From: Arcobacteraceae bacterium
GTDB lineage: Bacteria > Campylobacterota > Campylobacteria > Campylobacterales > Arcobacteraceae
Direction of reading: 5' to 3'
DNA length: 64,000 nt
Assembly (NCBI GenBank): GCA_963662945.1
Contig: OY759974.1
Coordinates: forward strand, 544,001 to 608,000
Shown: positions 1-9,544 of the stretch, one piece after another
How positions within the stretch are numbered: the first letter of the stretch is position 1
How the letters are laid out: every line of letters begins with the position of its first letter
The notes under the pieces: generated by a model
The model's input: only the letters and a program-made list of their open reading frames with translations
The model's database searches: none
What the model was told of the DNA's origin: nothing
Translations under genes and position numbers: made by a program

Positions 1-67
1 AGCTACTGGTGGGAAAGCAAATCCTAAAGTAGTCAATGAACTCGTGGAACAAAAACTCCAATCGTAA
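1..67 (+). CDS. 3' end of a GatB/YqeY-domain protein (GatB or GlnRS-YqeY fusion), partial
   Basis: Frame 2 reads ATGGKANPKVVNELVEQKLQS*; GKANP is typical of the GatB/YqeY C-terminus. Confidence 0.6.
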   Translation, partial: ATGGKANPKVVNELVEQKLQS

Positions 68-79
68 ACTCTTCAAAAA

Positions 80-107
80 ATAAAGTGAAGTTAGAACTTC
101 ACTTTAT
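80..107. terminator. Bidirectional hairpin between convergent genes
   Basis: ataaagtgaagtt-ag-aacttcactttat perfect inverted repeat overlapping the thrC stop. Confidence 0.7.
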
Positions 108-1582
108 CTTAAAAATCCTATAATCTTTTTTTCTAAGTCTTTAATATTAATCACTGTATCATGTATAATCGGACTACTAAATAGTTCTTTTATTTGTTTA
201 GGAATTTTTAAATTTAATTTTTTAGAGATAGATTCTAATGCTTCTTTATCACTATATTTTTGATTATCTTCATTTAAAGCATTTAAAACTGTTGGTGAGA
301 ACTTTGTCCACTCTGCTGTTGAGTATATCACTGTTTTAAGATTTTTATTCTCTCGTAACTCTTCATACCCTTTGATACAAGTTGCAGTATGTGGATCCAT
401 TAAATACCCCTCATCAGCAAATGTTTTAATAGTTGTTAATCCATAAGCATCATCACTAAATGTAGCACTAAAATATTTTTGTAATGCTTCTAATTCAACT
501 TTTGTATGTTCAAAATGCCCTTTTGTATTCAAGTCTTCCATAAGTTCTCTTGTTCTTATGGCACCACAAATATCATAGATAACTCTCTCTATATTTGATG
601 ATTTTAAAATATCCATTGCAGGAGATTTTGTAAGTTTTAGGCGTTTCCCTCTTATATCATAGATACCCAATGTTAACCATTGTGTTAAGATATTATTTTC
701 ATTTGAAGATACAAGAAGTTTTTCAACTGGTAGTCCCATCTTTTGTGCATAATAAGCACCTAGAACATTTCCAAAGTTTCCACTTGGTACATTGATATAA
801 ATCTTTTCTCCAAATGTTATCTCTTTTTGTCGTAAGAGTTCTAAATAACTTTGGAAGTGATATACTATTTGAAATATAATTCTTCCAAAGTTTACACTAT
901 TTGCAGCACTTAAACTTATACCATCTTTTTTTAACTCATTTTTAAATGATTGTGAACCAAGTAGATTTTTAAGGGCATTTTGTGCATCATCAAAGTTTCC
1001 ATTGATACCTAATACTTTTAGATTTTCTCCATTTTCTGTAATCATTTGAAGTTTTTGAACATCTGAAGTTCCACCATTTGGATAGAGACAAACAACTTTT
1101 ATACCCTCTTTGTTTTTAAAAGTATTGAGTGCTGCTGGTCCTGTATCTCCAGAAGTTGCTGCTAAAATAAGATACTCTTCCCCTCTTTTTTTAGCGATAC
1201 TACTTAAGATATATCCAAAAGGTTGTAGTGCCATATCTTTAAATGCACGAGTTGGTCCATGGTATTGTTCATTTACAAACAAATCATCTTTTATTTTTAC
1301 CACTGGCGATGGATTTTTACTATCATCAAAGTTATCATATAGTGCCAATGCTTCATTGATAGTTGCATCATCAATATCAATTTTAAAAGCTTTTAAAATA
1401 TCATATGCCAACTCTTTATAGCTTGTATTAAGATGTTTTGTTAAAAACTCTTCCCCTAAAACAGGTATTTGTGTAGGTACATAAAGTCCTCCAAAAGATG
1501 AACTTGGATTTAAAATCGCATCTGAAAACTCAACTTCTTTTGGTTTTACACCATCATTTCCTCTAGTTTCTATAAAACTCAT
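104..1582 (-). CDS. thrC: Threonine synthase
   Basis: HGPTRAFKD PLP-lysine motif, ATSGDTG, NSVNFGR, VPSGNFGN. Confidence 0.95.
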   Translation of the reverse strand: MSFIETRGNDGVKPKEVEFSDAILNPSSSFGGLYVPTQIPVLGEEFLTKHLNTSYKELAYDILKAFKIDIDDATINEALALYDNFDDSKNPSPVVKIKDDLFVNEQYHGPTRAFKDMALQPFGYILSSIAKKRGEEYLILAATSGDTGPAALNTFKNKEGIKVVCLYPNGGTSDVQKLQMITENGENLKVLGINGNFDDAQNALKNLLGSQSFKNELKKDGISLSAANSVNFGRIIFQIVYHFQSYLELLRQKEITFGEKIYINVPSGNFGNVLGAYYAQKMGLPVEKLLVSSNENNILTQWLTLGIYDIRGKRLKLTKSPAMDILKSSNIERVIYDICGAIRTRELMEDLNTKGHFEHTKVELEALQKYFSATFSDDAYGLTTIKTFADEGYLMDPHTATCIKGYEELRENKNLKTVIYSTAEWTKFSPTVLNALNEDNQKYSDKEALESISKKLNLKIPKQIKELFSSPIIHDTVINIKDLEKKIIGFLR

Positions 1583-1681
1583 AGATAAAATTCCTTCATA
1601 TTATATTTCGCGATTATATCAAAAATATGGTTAAATGGTTTTAAATTGTGGATTTACATTATTTTATTTATATTATAATGA

Positions 1682-2644
1682 TTAAAAATCCAATGGTGAT
1701 TTTATATCGCCTTTATTTAACTCCTTAACAACATGTGTATATATCATCGTAGTTTCGATAGATTTATGTCCTAATAACTCTTGTATGCTTCTTATATCTG
1801 TGCCATTCTGTAATAAATGTGTGGCATAAGAGTGTCTAAATATATGAGCTGTTACTCTTTTGTCTATATTAGATTTTGTAACTGCATTTTTTATATTTCT
1901 ACTTAATGTTACATCTAAAATATGATGCCGTCTTTGTTCACCACTTCGTGGATCTGTTGAAATTTTATCCATAGGAAAAATATACTGCCACTTTGTTTCA
2001 TATTTAGCATTTTTAAATTTACGCTCCAATGCATAAGGAATATAAACACTTCCAAATCCATCTTCTAAATCCTTTGTATGTAGTTCTTTTACTTTTTGTA
2101 CTTGTATTCTCAATTCATCCTTTATTTTTATAGGCAAAGGTAAAGTCCTATCTTTTAAAGATTTGCTATCCCAAATATAAATTTTATCGTATCCAAAGTC
2201 GATATCCTTAACCCTAATATTCTGAACTTCACTCATGCGAAGTCCGCATCCGTACATCAGTTTTACAATAAGTTGATAAATACCTTTCATATTTAGAATG
2301 ATATTTTTAACTTCATCTATAGTAAGCACTACAGGAATATGTTTCCTCTCTTGAGCTCTTAAAGCTTTAATATTTTCATTTTTTAATGATATATTCAAAA
2401 CTTGTTCGTAAAGAAAAACAATAGAATAAAAAGCTTGGTTTTGTGTAGTTGGGGATACATTTTGATTTTTTGCTAGATAGGTTAAATACTCTTCAATCTC
2501 TTTTTTACCCATAGTATTAGGATGTCGTTTATTATGAAACAAAATATATTTTTTTGCCCAATAAATATATACATTTTCTGTTTTTATACTATAGTGCTTT
2601 ACTCTTATTTTGTCCCTCATTATATCAAGTAATTTTTTTCCCAT
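1682..2644 (-). CDS. intI: Integron integrase (tyrosine recombinase)
   Basis: [25 protein letters not shown]...TTMIYTHV and the IntI-specific insert [17 protein letters not shown]; start moved to ATG 2644 (AGGAG RBS). Confidence 0.95.
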   Translation of the reverse strand: MGKKLLDIMRDKIRVKHYSIKTENVYIYWAKKYILFHNKRHPNTMGKKEIEEYLTYLAKNQNVSPTTQNQAFYSIVFLYEQVLNISLKNENIKALRAQERKHIPVVLTIDEVKNIILNMKGIYQLIVKLMYGCGLRMSEVQNIRVKDIDFGYDKIYIWDSKSLKDRTLPLPIKIKDELRIQVQKVKELHTKDLEDGFGSVYIPYALERKFKNAKYETKWQYIFPMDKISTDPRSGEQRRHHILDVTLSRNIKNAVTKSNIDKRVTAHIFRHSYATHLLQNGTDIRSIQELLGHKSIETTMIYTHVVKELNKGDIKSPLDF

Positions 2645-2871
2645 AACAACTCCTAAATTATAAAAATGTTGTTTAAAGTTAAGATTTTCACTTTTAACAT
2701 ACATTTTGTACATTAAAGTTCTAAATTTCAATATAAAATAAACATAAAACTATAACAAAAATAATAATCTATGGTAAAAAATATTGCATTTTGTAATATT
2801 TTTTACAAAAAAACCTAAAATAAGCTCTTCGTATCAATATATTAAACGAGTGAATTTAAGTACTTTATTTA

Positions 2872-2901
2872 TATAATGTATATTCAATAAATAGTTAGCT
2901 T
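2872..2901 (+). promoter_or_regulatory. Putative Pc -10 (TATAAT 2872-2877) and attI core (GTTAGCT 2894-2900)
   Basis: GTTAGCTT just before cassette 1 is the exact complement of AAGCTAAC (3487-3494) at the start of attC1. Confidence 0.75.
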
Positions 2902-2912
2902 AAAGGAGTATC

Positions 2913-3542
2913 ATGCAAGATAGTATTATAGCAGGTTTAATTTCAGGTCTAATTGTAACGTTATTTATAATTATATTTAAATCATTATGGGATAAAATTA
3001 TAATTCCTTGGTTTGAAGAAAGAATTTATAAAGATGCTTACATTGAAGGCACATGGTATAGTTTACATCCTGATGAAGCTTATTTTAGACAAGAAATTTT
3101 TGCACTAAAAAGAACAGGTCATAATATTATTGGTACAATGGTTTGTGTTGAAGGTGAAGATAAGGGTGAAGAATATACTGTTGAAGGAAGTTTTAGAAAT
3201 ATGATATTACCTCTAATTTATGAAAGTTCGGATACTTCAAAAACAGATAGAGGAAGTATTACATTAAAAGCCATAAGAAATGGTGAAGTATTAAGAGGAA
3301 AAATTTCTTTATATAATAATGGAAATGATGATATTACTTCAGCTACAATTATTTTGTTTAAAAATAAAGATGAATTAGAAAAAACAGTAAAGCATATCAA
3401 ACAACAAAAAGAAAAAATATTAAAAATGAGATTAGAAAAACAAAAACTTGAAAAGAATTTAAAAGAAGTGGAAGCATTACCTGAGGAAGCTAACAAAACA
3501 TTGGAAGAAGAACGAGTGACCCCTACGACTGATAAAGCTTAA
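2913..3542 (+). CDS. Cassette 1: N-terminal TM helix plus predicted beta-barrel (S-2TM-beta/Cap15-like), basic coiled tail
   Basis: Hydrophobic N-terminus, then IEGTWYS...L.YES...DRGSITL...LRGK beta-strand pattern; AAGGAG RBS. Confidence 0.55.
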   Translation: MQDSIIAGLISGLIVTLFIIIFKSLWDKIIIPWFEERIYKDAYIEGTWYSLHPDEAYFRQEIFALKRTGHNIIGTMVCVEGEDKGEEYTVEGSFRNMILPLIYESSDTSKTDRGSITLKAIRNGEVLRGKISLYNNGNDDITSATIILFKNKDELEKTVKHIKQQKEKILKMRLEKQKLEKNLKEVEALPEEANKTLEEERVTPTTDKA

Positions 3543-3624
3543 ATTAGCTTTTATGTAGTGGTTATAAAAAGAAGTTAGTAAATATTTTGAGAGGGGTCAT
3601 CGTCCTTCAATTTAGGCGTTATAC
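3488..3624 (+). other. attC site 1 (137 bp)
   Basis: R'' AGCTAAC, L'' ttgGaag, arms cga(g)tgacccct / aggggtcatcg, L' cttcaa, R' GTTATAC. Confidence 0.85.
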
Positions 3625-3654
3625 AGGTGAAGCAACCAATCAAGGAGAGCATTA

Positions 3655-4539
3655 GTGAAAAAAATATCCACAATATTAGTTTTGTTAGCGGTCATAACAT
3701 TTACAAGTATAGCAATAGCAGAAGACAACAAGTCGACTTTAACAATCAAGAAGAATATGCAAATGGAGAAGCTTCAAAAAATAGCAAAGGAACCTTCTAA
3801 TCATAATTTATATAAATTACTTTACGAAAATTCATCTAGCTCAAATGATAGGATAATTTCCACTATACAATGGTCCATCGGGATAATATCAACTTTTGTA
3901 ATAGTTTTACTTGGTAGTCAAATTTTCTTTAACTATCGGGTAAATAAAGAAGAAATCAGAGCAATTAGAAGTGAATTAGAAGAAAGTTTTTCTGATTTAA
4001 GAGCTAATGCATTGGATGCCTCAAGCAAAGAAAGAAAAGAAATAATTAATAAGATTGATGACAAACTTGCAAAGGCAGAACAAAGTTATAAAGAAAGTAT
4101 ATCAAGTCATTACGCTGAACATGGTAGATACATTGATACAAAACTAGAGTCATTTGATAAGGATTTAATTAGATTAAAAGATACATTAAAAGTAGACATT
4201 AGTTATTTATCAATTGATTTAAAAAGATTAGAGGGTGAGGTATGGAAGCTAAAGGGTGTTCACGCAAATGCACTTAAGGATTTTATAAGTACTGTAGAGC
4301 TAGAAATTGAAAATGGTATCTCTCCAAAATATTCGTTAGATCATACAATAGAAACTCTTCAAAATGTCGAAAAAATTAGTAAGGATGATCGTATTGCACT
4401 AGAAGAGATGATAAAAAAAGTACCCAAAGAATATGATGCTAAAGTATCAAAGATTAAAGAACTATATTTATCCTTACCTCAATATATTTATGCTGAGGAT
4501 CCTCAAAGACCAGGTTATTTAAAAACAGTAGATCTTTAG
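3655..4539 (+). CDS. Cassette 2: signal peptide, one TM helix and long helical/coiled-coil region; function unknown
   Basis: ORF between attC1 and attC2, AAGGAG RBS, GTG start. Confidence 0.75.
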   Translation: MKKISTILVLLAVITFTSIAIAEDNKSTLTIKKNMQMEKLQKIAKEPSNHNLYKLLYENSSSSNDRIISTIQWSIGIISTFVIVLLGSQIFFNYRVNKEEIRAIRSELEESFSDLRANALDASSKERKEIINKIDDKLAKAEQSYKESISSHYAEHGRYIDTKLESFDKDLIRLKDTLKVDISYLSIDLKRLEGEVWKLKGVHANALKDFISTVELEIENGISPKYSLDHTIETLQNVEKISKDDRIALEEMIKKVPKEYDAKVSKIKELYLSLPQYIYAEDPQRPGYLKTVDL

Positions 4540-4550
4540 TACGGGAACAT

Positions 4551-4618
4551 GTATAACAAAACCTTGGAGAGAAATATTTGACCCTGCGGCTCAATATTTC
4601 TCAACTTAAACGTTAGAC
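4551..4618 (+). other. attC site 2 (68 bp)
   Basis: R'' GTATAAC complements GTTATAC at 3618; arms gagaaatat(t)tga / tcaatatttctc; R' GTTAGAC. Confidence 0.9.
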
Positions 4619-4630
4619 TAGGAGGAGTAA

Positions 4631-5146
4631 ATGAAACAAATTTACAAAAAAATTATAGTAAGTGTATTGGTGATATTATTTTTTGCAGGTTGTTCAAAAA
4701 TTGATTTTCAAACATACAAACAAAATCCAACCATGCAAAATAGTACATCTATAGTTCTATTAGGAATTAAAGGAAATAGAGCAGTTAATTATCTACAATT
4801 TATGAGTAATAGCAAATTTCCACCTGCATTTAATTACAGAGGACTTAATATACATAATGACATTATTGCCCTTAGAGTTCCTACACCACAAGAAAACTAT
4901 TATTTGGGTGTTTTCACTACGGGAAAAGCAGGCTATCTTACTTATGGTAATATGTATTCTTCATATGGATATATTAGTGCTAAGTCAAAAGGAATAAATA
5001 TTGAGAAAAATGGAATATATTTTTACGGTATATTAAATACAGATAATGCAACAATTGATCAGACAATAAATGAAGAATTTTTAAATATTGCAAAACAAAA
5101 ATATAAGAATATATTCAAAAATTTAAAACCTATTAACTTTAAATAG
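4631..5146 (+). CDS. Cassette 3: putative lipoprotein
   Basis: Signal peptide with lipobox FFAG-C; GGAGGAG RBS. Confidence 0.75.
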   Translation: MKQIYKKIIVSVLVILFFAGCSKIDFQTYKQNPTMQNSTSIVLLGIKGNRAVNYLQFMSNSKFPPAFNYRGLNIHNDIIALRVPTPQENYYLGVFTTGKAGYLTYGNMYSSYGYISAKSKGINIEKNGIYFYGILNTDNATIDQTINEEFLNIAKQKYKNIFKNLKPINFK

Positions 5147-5154
5147 TAATTAAA

Positions 5155-5190
5155 GACTAACAAAACGTTGGAAAAAAAACAATGTACTCA
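5155..5190 (+). other. Truncated attC site 3 (left half only)
   Basis: GACTAAC-aaaacg-TTGGAA matches the R''-spacer-L'' of attC1/2; no matching L'/R' seen downstream. Confidence 0.6.
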
Positions 5191-5234
5191 GGGCATCTAA
5201 GACAAATCTAGCTAAACTATTTTAGTAAGTTTTC

Positions 5235-5478
5235 CTCGTTTCACCTCTCCTGAGGTGAAATGCATGTCATTAGCCAATCTCGACTAAAATATCCAAATAG
5301 AAAGAGCAAGATATCTTGTAACTATAGTCTCTGTAAAAAAATAGATAAACTAAATCATCCACACTTACAATACTGCATTCACTACAAGTATTTATAAATA
5401 AAGTTTGTAGAAGTTAAGAGATTTCAGTAATCTATTTTAACTTCTACATTCATTCCACCTCAGGAGAGGTGGAACAAG
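5235..5478. repeat. Inverted pair of 33-bp REP-like palindromes (5235-5267 and 5446-5478)
   Basis: ctcgtttcacctctcctgaggtgaaatgcatgt and acattcattccacctcaggagaggtggaacaag; each has an internal hairpin and they are near reverse complements. Confidence 0.8.
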
Positions 5479-5587
5479 AGAGTTATCTAACAAAACAAAC
5501 AATTAAAATTGCAAATTGCCATATTTTTTAATCACTCTTTATTTTTTTGATATTATCTCTTTATAAAATCAAAAAAGAGAGGTTGTT

Positions 5588-6094
5588 ATGGAAAAAGAGA
5601 TTTTATCAAGATGTAAATGTGGTGGAGATATTATCATCCATGATGCACTTTTTGAATGTAACAAATGCAAAGCACAGGTGTGGAAATATAGTTTTAAAAG
5701 AGAGTTTAAAGAAAAAGAAGCCAAAAAACTTTTTAAAGGTGAAACTATCATGCTCAAAGGTTTTAAATCAAATACAAATAATCTTTTTGATACAAAAGCT
5801 TTTATAAATGAGGGAAAAGTGGAGCTACTCTTTGATGATGATACAAAATCTACTACTATGTTTTTATGCCAATGTGGCGGGGAAGTTACAAAGATAAATG
5901 GCGGCTACAAATGCCACTCTTGTGAAAAAATAGTATGGGAAAGATTTATGAACAAACTTCTCACTTTTAGACAAGTAAGAAGACTCTTTAAAGGGGATGG
6001 TCTAAAACTTAACAATCTTAAATCTCAAAGGGGAAATATCTTTAATGCTGAGATATTTTATGCCACTGATGGTGTGAGTTTAGAATATATTTGA
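5588..6094 (+). CDS. Stand-alone topoisomerase C-terminal-repeat / zinc-ribbon protein
   Basis: Two repeats of CxCGG...CxxC..VW....LFKG...L.G/NLKS..GN.F.A. Confidence 0.7.
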   Translation: MEKEILSRCKCGGDIIIHDALFECNKCKAQVWKYSFKREFKEKEAKKLFKGETIMLKGFKSNTNNLFDTKAFINEGKVELLFDDDTKSTTMFLCQCGGEVTKINGGYKCHSCEKIVWERFMNKLLTFRQVRRLFKGDGLKLNNLKSQRGNIFNAEIFYATDGVSLEYI

Positions 6095-6128
6095 TAGAAT
6101 ACAAAAAAACTAAACAAAAGGTATTTTG

Positions 6129-6908
6129 ATGTTATTAGGTGTAAATATTGACCATATTGCTGTTTTAAGAGAAGCTCGAAAAATAAATGATCCAAATATT
6201 GTAGATGCTATTGGTATTTGTAAACTTAGTGGTGCAGACCAAATCACTATACATTTAAGAGAGGATAGAAGACATATACACGATGAAGATGCTGTGAATA
6301 TTATCAACCTCTCCCCTCTTCCTGTGAACTTAGAGTGCAGTATCAATGAAGATATTATAGATATAGTTTGCTCCCTTAAACCTCATAGAGCAACACTTGT
6401 TCCTGAAAATAGAGATGAAGTGACCACTGAAGGTGGACTTGATTTAGCATCAAATATGGAAAAACTCCAAAAAGCAATAGAGAAACTACACCAAAATGAG
6501 ATAGAAGTTTCACTTTTTATAGACCCAACACAACAGATGATAGAACTCTCACGTGAATTAAATGTAGAATGGATTGAACTACATACTGGAAGTTTTGCAA
6601 ACATTTATGCAATGTTATATGGAGGATTACAAAATTCTCATCATAGTATCAAAGAGTTAGAGTTACCACGAGATATTCTTACAAAAAAATTCACTAATTC
6701 TATTAAAGAGATTGAAGAAGCTTCAAAATATGCAAATAGTCTTAAATTAAAAGTTGCAGCTGGTCACGGACTTAATTATCAAAATGTAAAATATATGACA
6801 AATATCAAAGAGATAGAGGAGCTAAATATTGGTCAAAGTATCATAGCTCGAAGTGTATTTACAGGTCTTGAAAAAGCTATTCTTGATATGAAAGAGTTAG
6901 TACAATAA
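6129..6908 (+). CDS. pdxJ: Pyridoxine 5'-phosphate synthase
   Basis: LGVNIDHIA, HLREDRRHI, TTEGGL, AGHGL, ELNIG. Confidence 0.95.
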   Translation: MLLGVNIDHIAVLREARKINDPNIVDAIGICKLSGADQITIHLREDRRHIHDEDAVNIINLSPLPVNLECSINEDIIDIVCSLKPHRATLVPENRDEVTTEGGLDLASNMEKLQKAIEKLHQNEIEVSLFIDPTQQMIELSRELNVEWIELHTGSFANIYAMLYGGLQNSHHSIKELELPRDILTKKFTNSIKEIEEASKYANSLKLKVAAGHGLNYQNVKYMTNIKEIEELNIGQSIIARSVFTGLEKAILDMKELVQ

Positions 6909-6909
6909 G

Positions 6910-7821
6910 ATGTTAAAAAAAGTAGCAATAAGTATTGGGGATATAAATGGTGTTGGTATCCAGTTAGCATTAGAAAATCATGAAAAAGTATCAAAACTTT
7001 GTGAGCCAATCTATTGTATAGATAAAAAACTTTTAAATAAAGCTGCTAAAAAACTCAATCTTACTATTCCAGATGATTTTACTATATCTGGTAAATATAA
7101 AAAAACAGAGATAAATCCAGGTGTTGTAAAAGAAGATTCTGGGTTATTCTCATATCATTCTTTTATAAACTGTATAAGTTTAGCCAAAAAACACAAAGTT
7201 GATGCAATCTGTACACTCCCTATCAATAAAGAATCATGGAGTAAAGCTGGGATAGATTATGTGGGGCATACAGATATGTTGCGAGATATATTTAAACAAG
7301 ATGCTATCATGATGTTAGGATGCCAAAAAATGTTTGTGGCACTTTTTACAGAGCATATTGCTTTAAAAAAAGTTCCAAAACAAATCAAGACAAAAAAGTT
7401 AGTCACTTTTTTAACAGATTTTTATAGTGCAATTAGAAAACCAAAAGAAGCTATTGCAGTTCTAGGACTCAATCCTCACGCAGGAGATAATGGAGTATTG
7501 GGAGATGAAGAGATAAAAATAAAAAAAGCTATCAAAATAGTAAATGAAAAACTCAAATCAAACTTTGAACTTCAGGTTCCAGATATAGCATTTACTCCAC
7601 ATATAAGAGAAAAGTATCAATATTTTGTAGCAATGTATCACGACCAAGGATTAGCACCATTAAAAGCGCTTTATTTTGAGGAGAGTATCAATATATCTTT
7701 AAATCTACCAATTCTTAGAACATCTGTAGATCATGGGACTGCTTTTGATATAGCATATAAAAAAGATAATAACCTTTCAAATAAAAGCTATATCAATGCA
7801 ATCAAAGCGGCAGTTAATTAA
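6910..7821 (+). CDS. pdxA: 4-hydroxythreonine-4-phosphate dehydrogenase
   Basis: GHTD, LNPHAGD, MYHDQG, RTSVDHGTAFDIA. Confidence 0.95.
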   Translation: MLKKVAISIGDINGVGIQLALENHEKVSKLCEPIYCIDKKLLNKAAKKLNLTIPDDFTISGKYKKTEINPGVVKEDSGLFSYHSFINCISLAKKHKVDAICTLPINKESWSKAGIDYVGHTDMLRDIFKQDAIMMLGCQKMFVALFTEHIALKKVPKQIKTKKLVTFLTDFYSAIRKPKEAIAVLGLNPHAGDNGVLGDEEIKIKKAIKIVNEKLKSNFELQVPDIAFTPHIREKYQYFVAMYHDQGLAPLKALYFEESINISLNLPILRTSVDHGTAFDIAYKKDNNLSNKSYINAIKAAVN

Positions 7822-7823
7822 AA

Positions 7824-8750
7824 TTAACCGTCGTTTGTAATAGCTTCAATCAGTTCTTCTAAAACTCTCTCTGCATCTTCATTTGCAACTTGACAAGTTC
7901 CAGCAGCAGTGTGTCCACCACCACCATATTTTAAACAAAGCTCACCAATATTTGTTTTTGAATTTCTATTTACAATAGATTTTCCTATAGCAAAAACTGT
8001 ATTTTGATTTTGGAAACCATTTAATACATGGATAGAGATATTTATCTCTGGATTTACAGCATACATAATAAATCTATTTCCAGGGTATATAACCTCTTCA
8101 TCTCTTAAATCAAGTACTATAAGATTGTTGTACATAATTGAACATTCTTCAAGTTGCATTCTAAATTGATCTTCGTATGATTTATATAAATCAGTTCTTT
8201 CAACTACATCAGGAAGTTGCATAATCTCTTCTATATCATGATCAATACAATAATCAATCAAATCCATCATAAGCTGATAATTTGATATTCTAAAATCTCT
8301 AAATCTTCCAAGACCAGTTCTTGAATCCATAATAAAACTTAGAAGCTCCCATCCCTCTGGATGCAAAATTTCATCAACACTAAATTGTGCTGCATCTGCT
8401 TTATCAACAGCAGCCATCATCAGTTCACTTACATTTGGTAACTTCTCTTTTCCACCATAATAATCATATACAACTCTTGCCGCACTTGGTGCATCTGGAA
8501 TAATAAAATGGTTAGGAGCTTTTTCATTTCTTATAGTTTCACTTTCATGATGATCAAATACCATATAAGCTTCTTTACAATAAGGAAGATTTGTAATAAT
8601 GTCGTTTGATGTAATTTCGATAATTCCATCTTGCATATCTTTTGGATGTACAAATTTTATCTCATCAATCATATCTAATTGTTTTAAAATCACTGCACAC
8701 ACCAAACCATCCATATCACTTCTTGTAACTAATCTATATTTCTTTGACAT
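7824..8750 (-). CDS. DHH-family phosphoesterase (exopolyphosphatase/nanoRNase-like)
   Basis: RSDMDG, FDHH and GGGH..AG motifs. Confidence 0.8.
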   Translation of the reverse strand: MSKKYRLVTRSDMDGLVCAVILKQLDMIDEIKFVHPKDMQDGIIEITSNDIITNLPYCKEAYMVFDHHESETIRNEKAPNHFIIPDAPSAARVVYDYYGGKEKLPNVSELMMAAVDKADAAQFSVDEILHPEGWELLSFIMDSRTGLGRFRDFRISNYQLMMDLIDYCIDHDIEEIMQLPDVVERTDLYKSYEDQFRMQLEECSIMYNNLIVLDLRDEEVIYPGNRFIMYAVNPEINISIHVLNGFQNQNTVFAIGKSIVNRNSKTNIGELCLKYGGGGHTAAGTCQVANEDAERVLEELIEAITNDG

Positions 8751-8763
8751 CTTAAATTTCCTT

Positions 8764-9474
8764 CTATTCTAAATTTGTATACACATGTTGTACATCATCA
8801 TCATCTTCAAGTTTTTCTAACAATACTGATAACTCTTCCATCTCTTCATCTGTTATCTCTATTGGTGCATTTGGTACTCGAGATAATGTTCCTTTTTCAT
8901 ATTCTAAGTCCATCGCATGCAGTTTATTTGACATATTACCAAAGTCTGTATAATCTGCAATTATAGAAATATTTTCATCATCTTCTATTTTAATTTCTTC
9001 TAATCCAGCATCAATAAGTTCCATCTCTAAATCATCCATATCCATATCTGGTTTCTTCATCTCAAATATAGCTTTTCTATCAAAATGAAATTCTAAAGAA
9101 CCTGTAGGAACTAATGAACCACCATTTTTATTAAATATTGTTTTTATATTAGCTACTGTTCTTGCTGTATTTTCCGTTGCTGTTTCTACAAAAATAAGTA
9201 CTCCACTCTTCCACTTACCTTCATAATTTACTTCTGCCATATTTGCAACATCTTTAGCACTAGCTCTTTTGATAGCTGCTTCAATATTATCTTTTGGTAA
9301 ATTTTGCGCTTTTGCTGTTTGTATTGCAGTTCTTAATGCTGCATTTGAATCAGGATCACTACTCCCACCTTTTGCAGCCATGGTTATTGCTTTTGCTAAT
9401 TTAGGGAATACTCTTGACATATTTCCCCATCTTTTCATCTTTGCTGCTTTTCTATACTCAAAGGCTCTACCCAT
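8764..9474 (-). CDS. yebC: YebC/PmpR family protein
   Basis: MGRAFEYRK, NLPKDNIEAAIK, TENTART, EDDDDVQHVY. Confidence 0.9.
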   Translation of the reverse strand: MGRAFEYRKAAKMKRWGNMSRVFPKLAKAITMAAKGGSSDPDSNAALRTAIQTAKAQNLPKDNIEAAIKRASAKDVANMAEVNYEGKWKSGVLIFVETATENTARTVANIKTIFNKNGGSLVPTGSLEFHFDRKAIFEMKKPDMDMDDLEMELIDAGLEEIKIEDDENISIIADYTDFGNMSNKLHAMDLEYEKGTLSRVPNAPIEITDEEMEELSVLLEKLEDDDDVQHVYTNLE

Positions 9475-9544
9475 TCTTTATATTCTCCTTAAACTTATCT
9501 ATTCTTAATATTTTGGACAATTTTATCATAATAAAACTAATTTT

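Larger units (their letters stand above)
1682..5190. mobile_element. Chromosomal integron with three gene cassettes
   Basis: intI divergent from a co-oriented array of ORFs separated by attC hairpins. Confidence 0.9.

Noticed and set aside
2645-2731. N-terminal extension of IntI in the ORF track
   Set aside because: A strong RBS precedes ATG 2644, where the IntI-like sequence begins
5190-5215. agggcatctaagac as an IS/MITE terminal repeat at the attC3 break
   Set aside because: No matching opposite end, target duplication or transposase found
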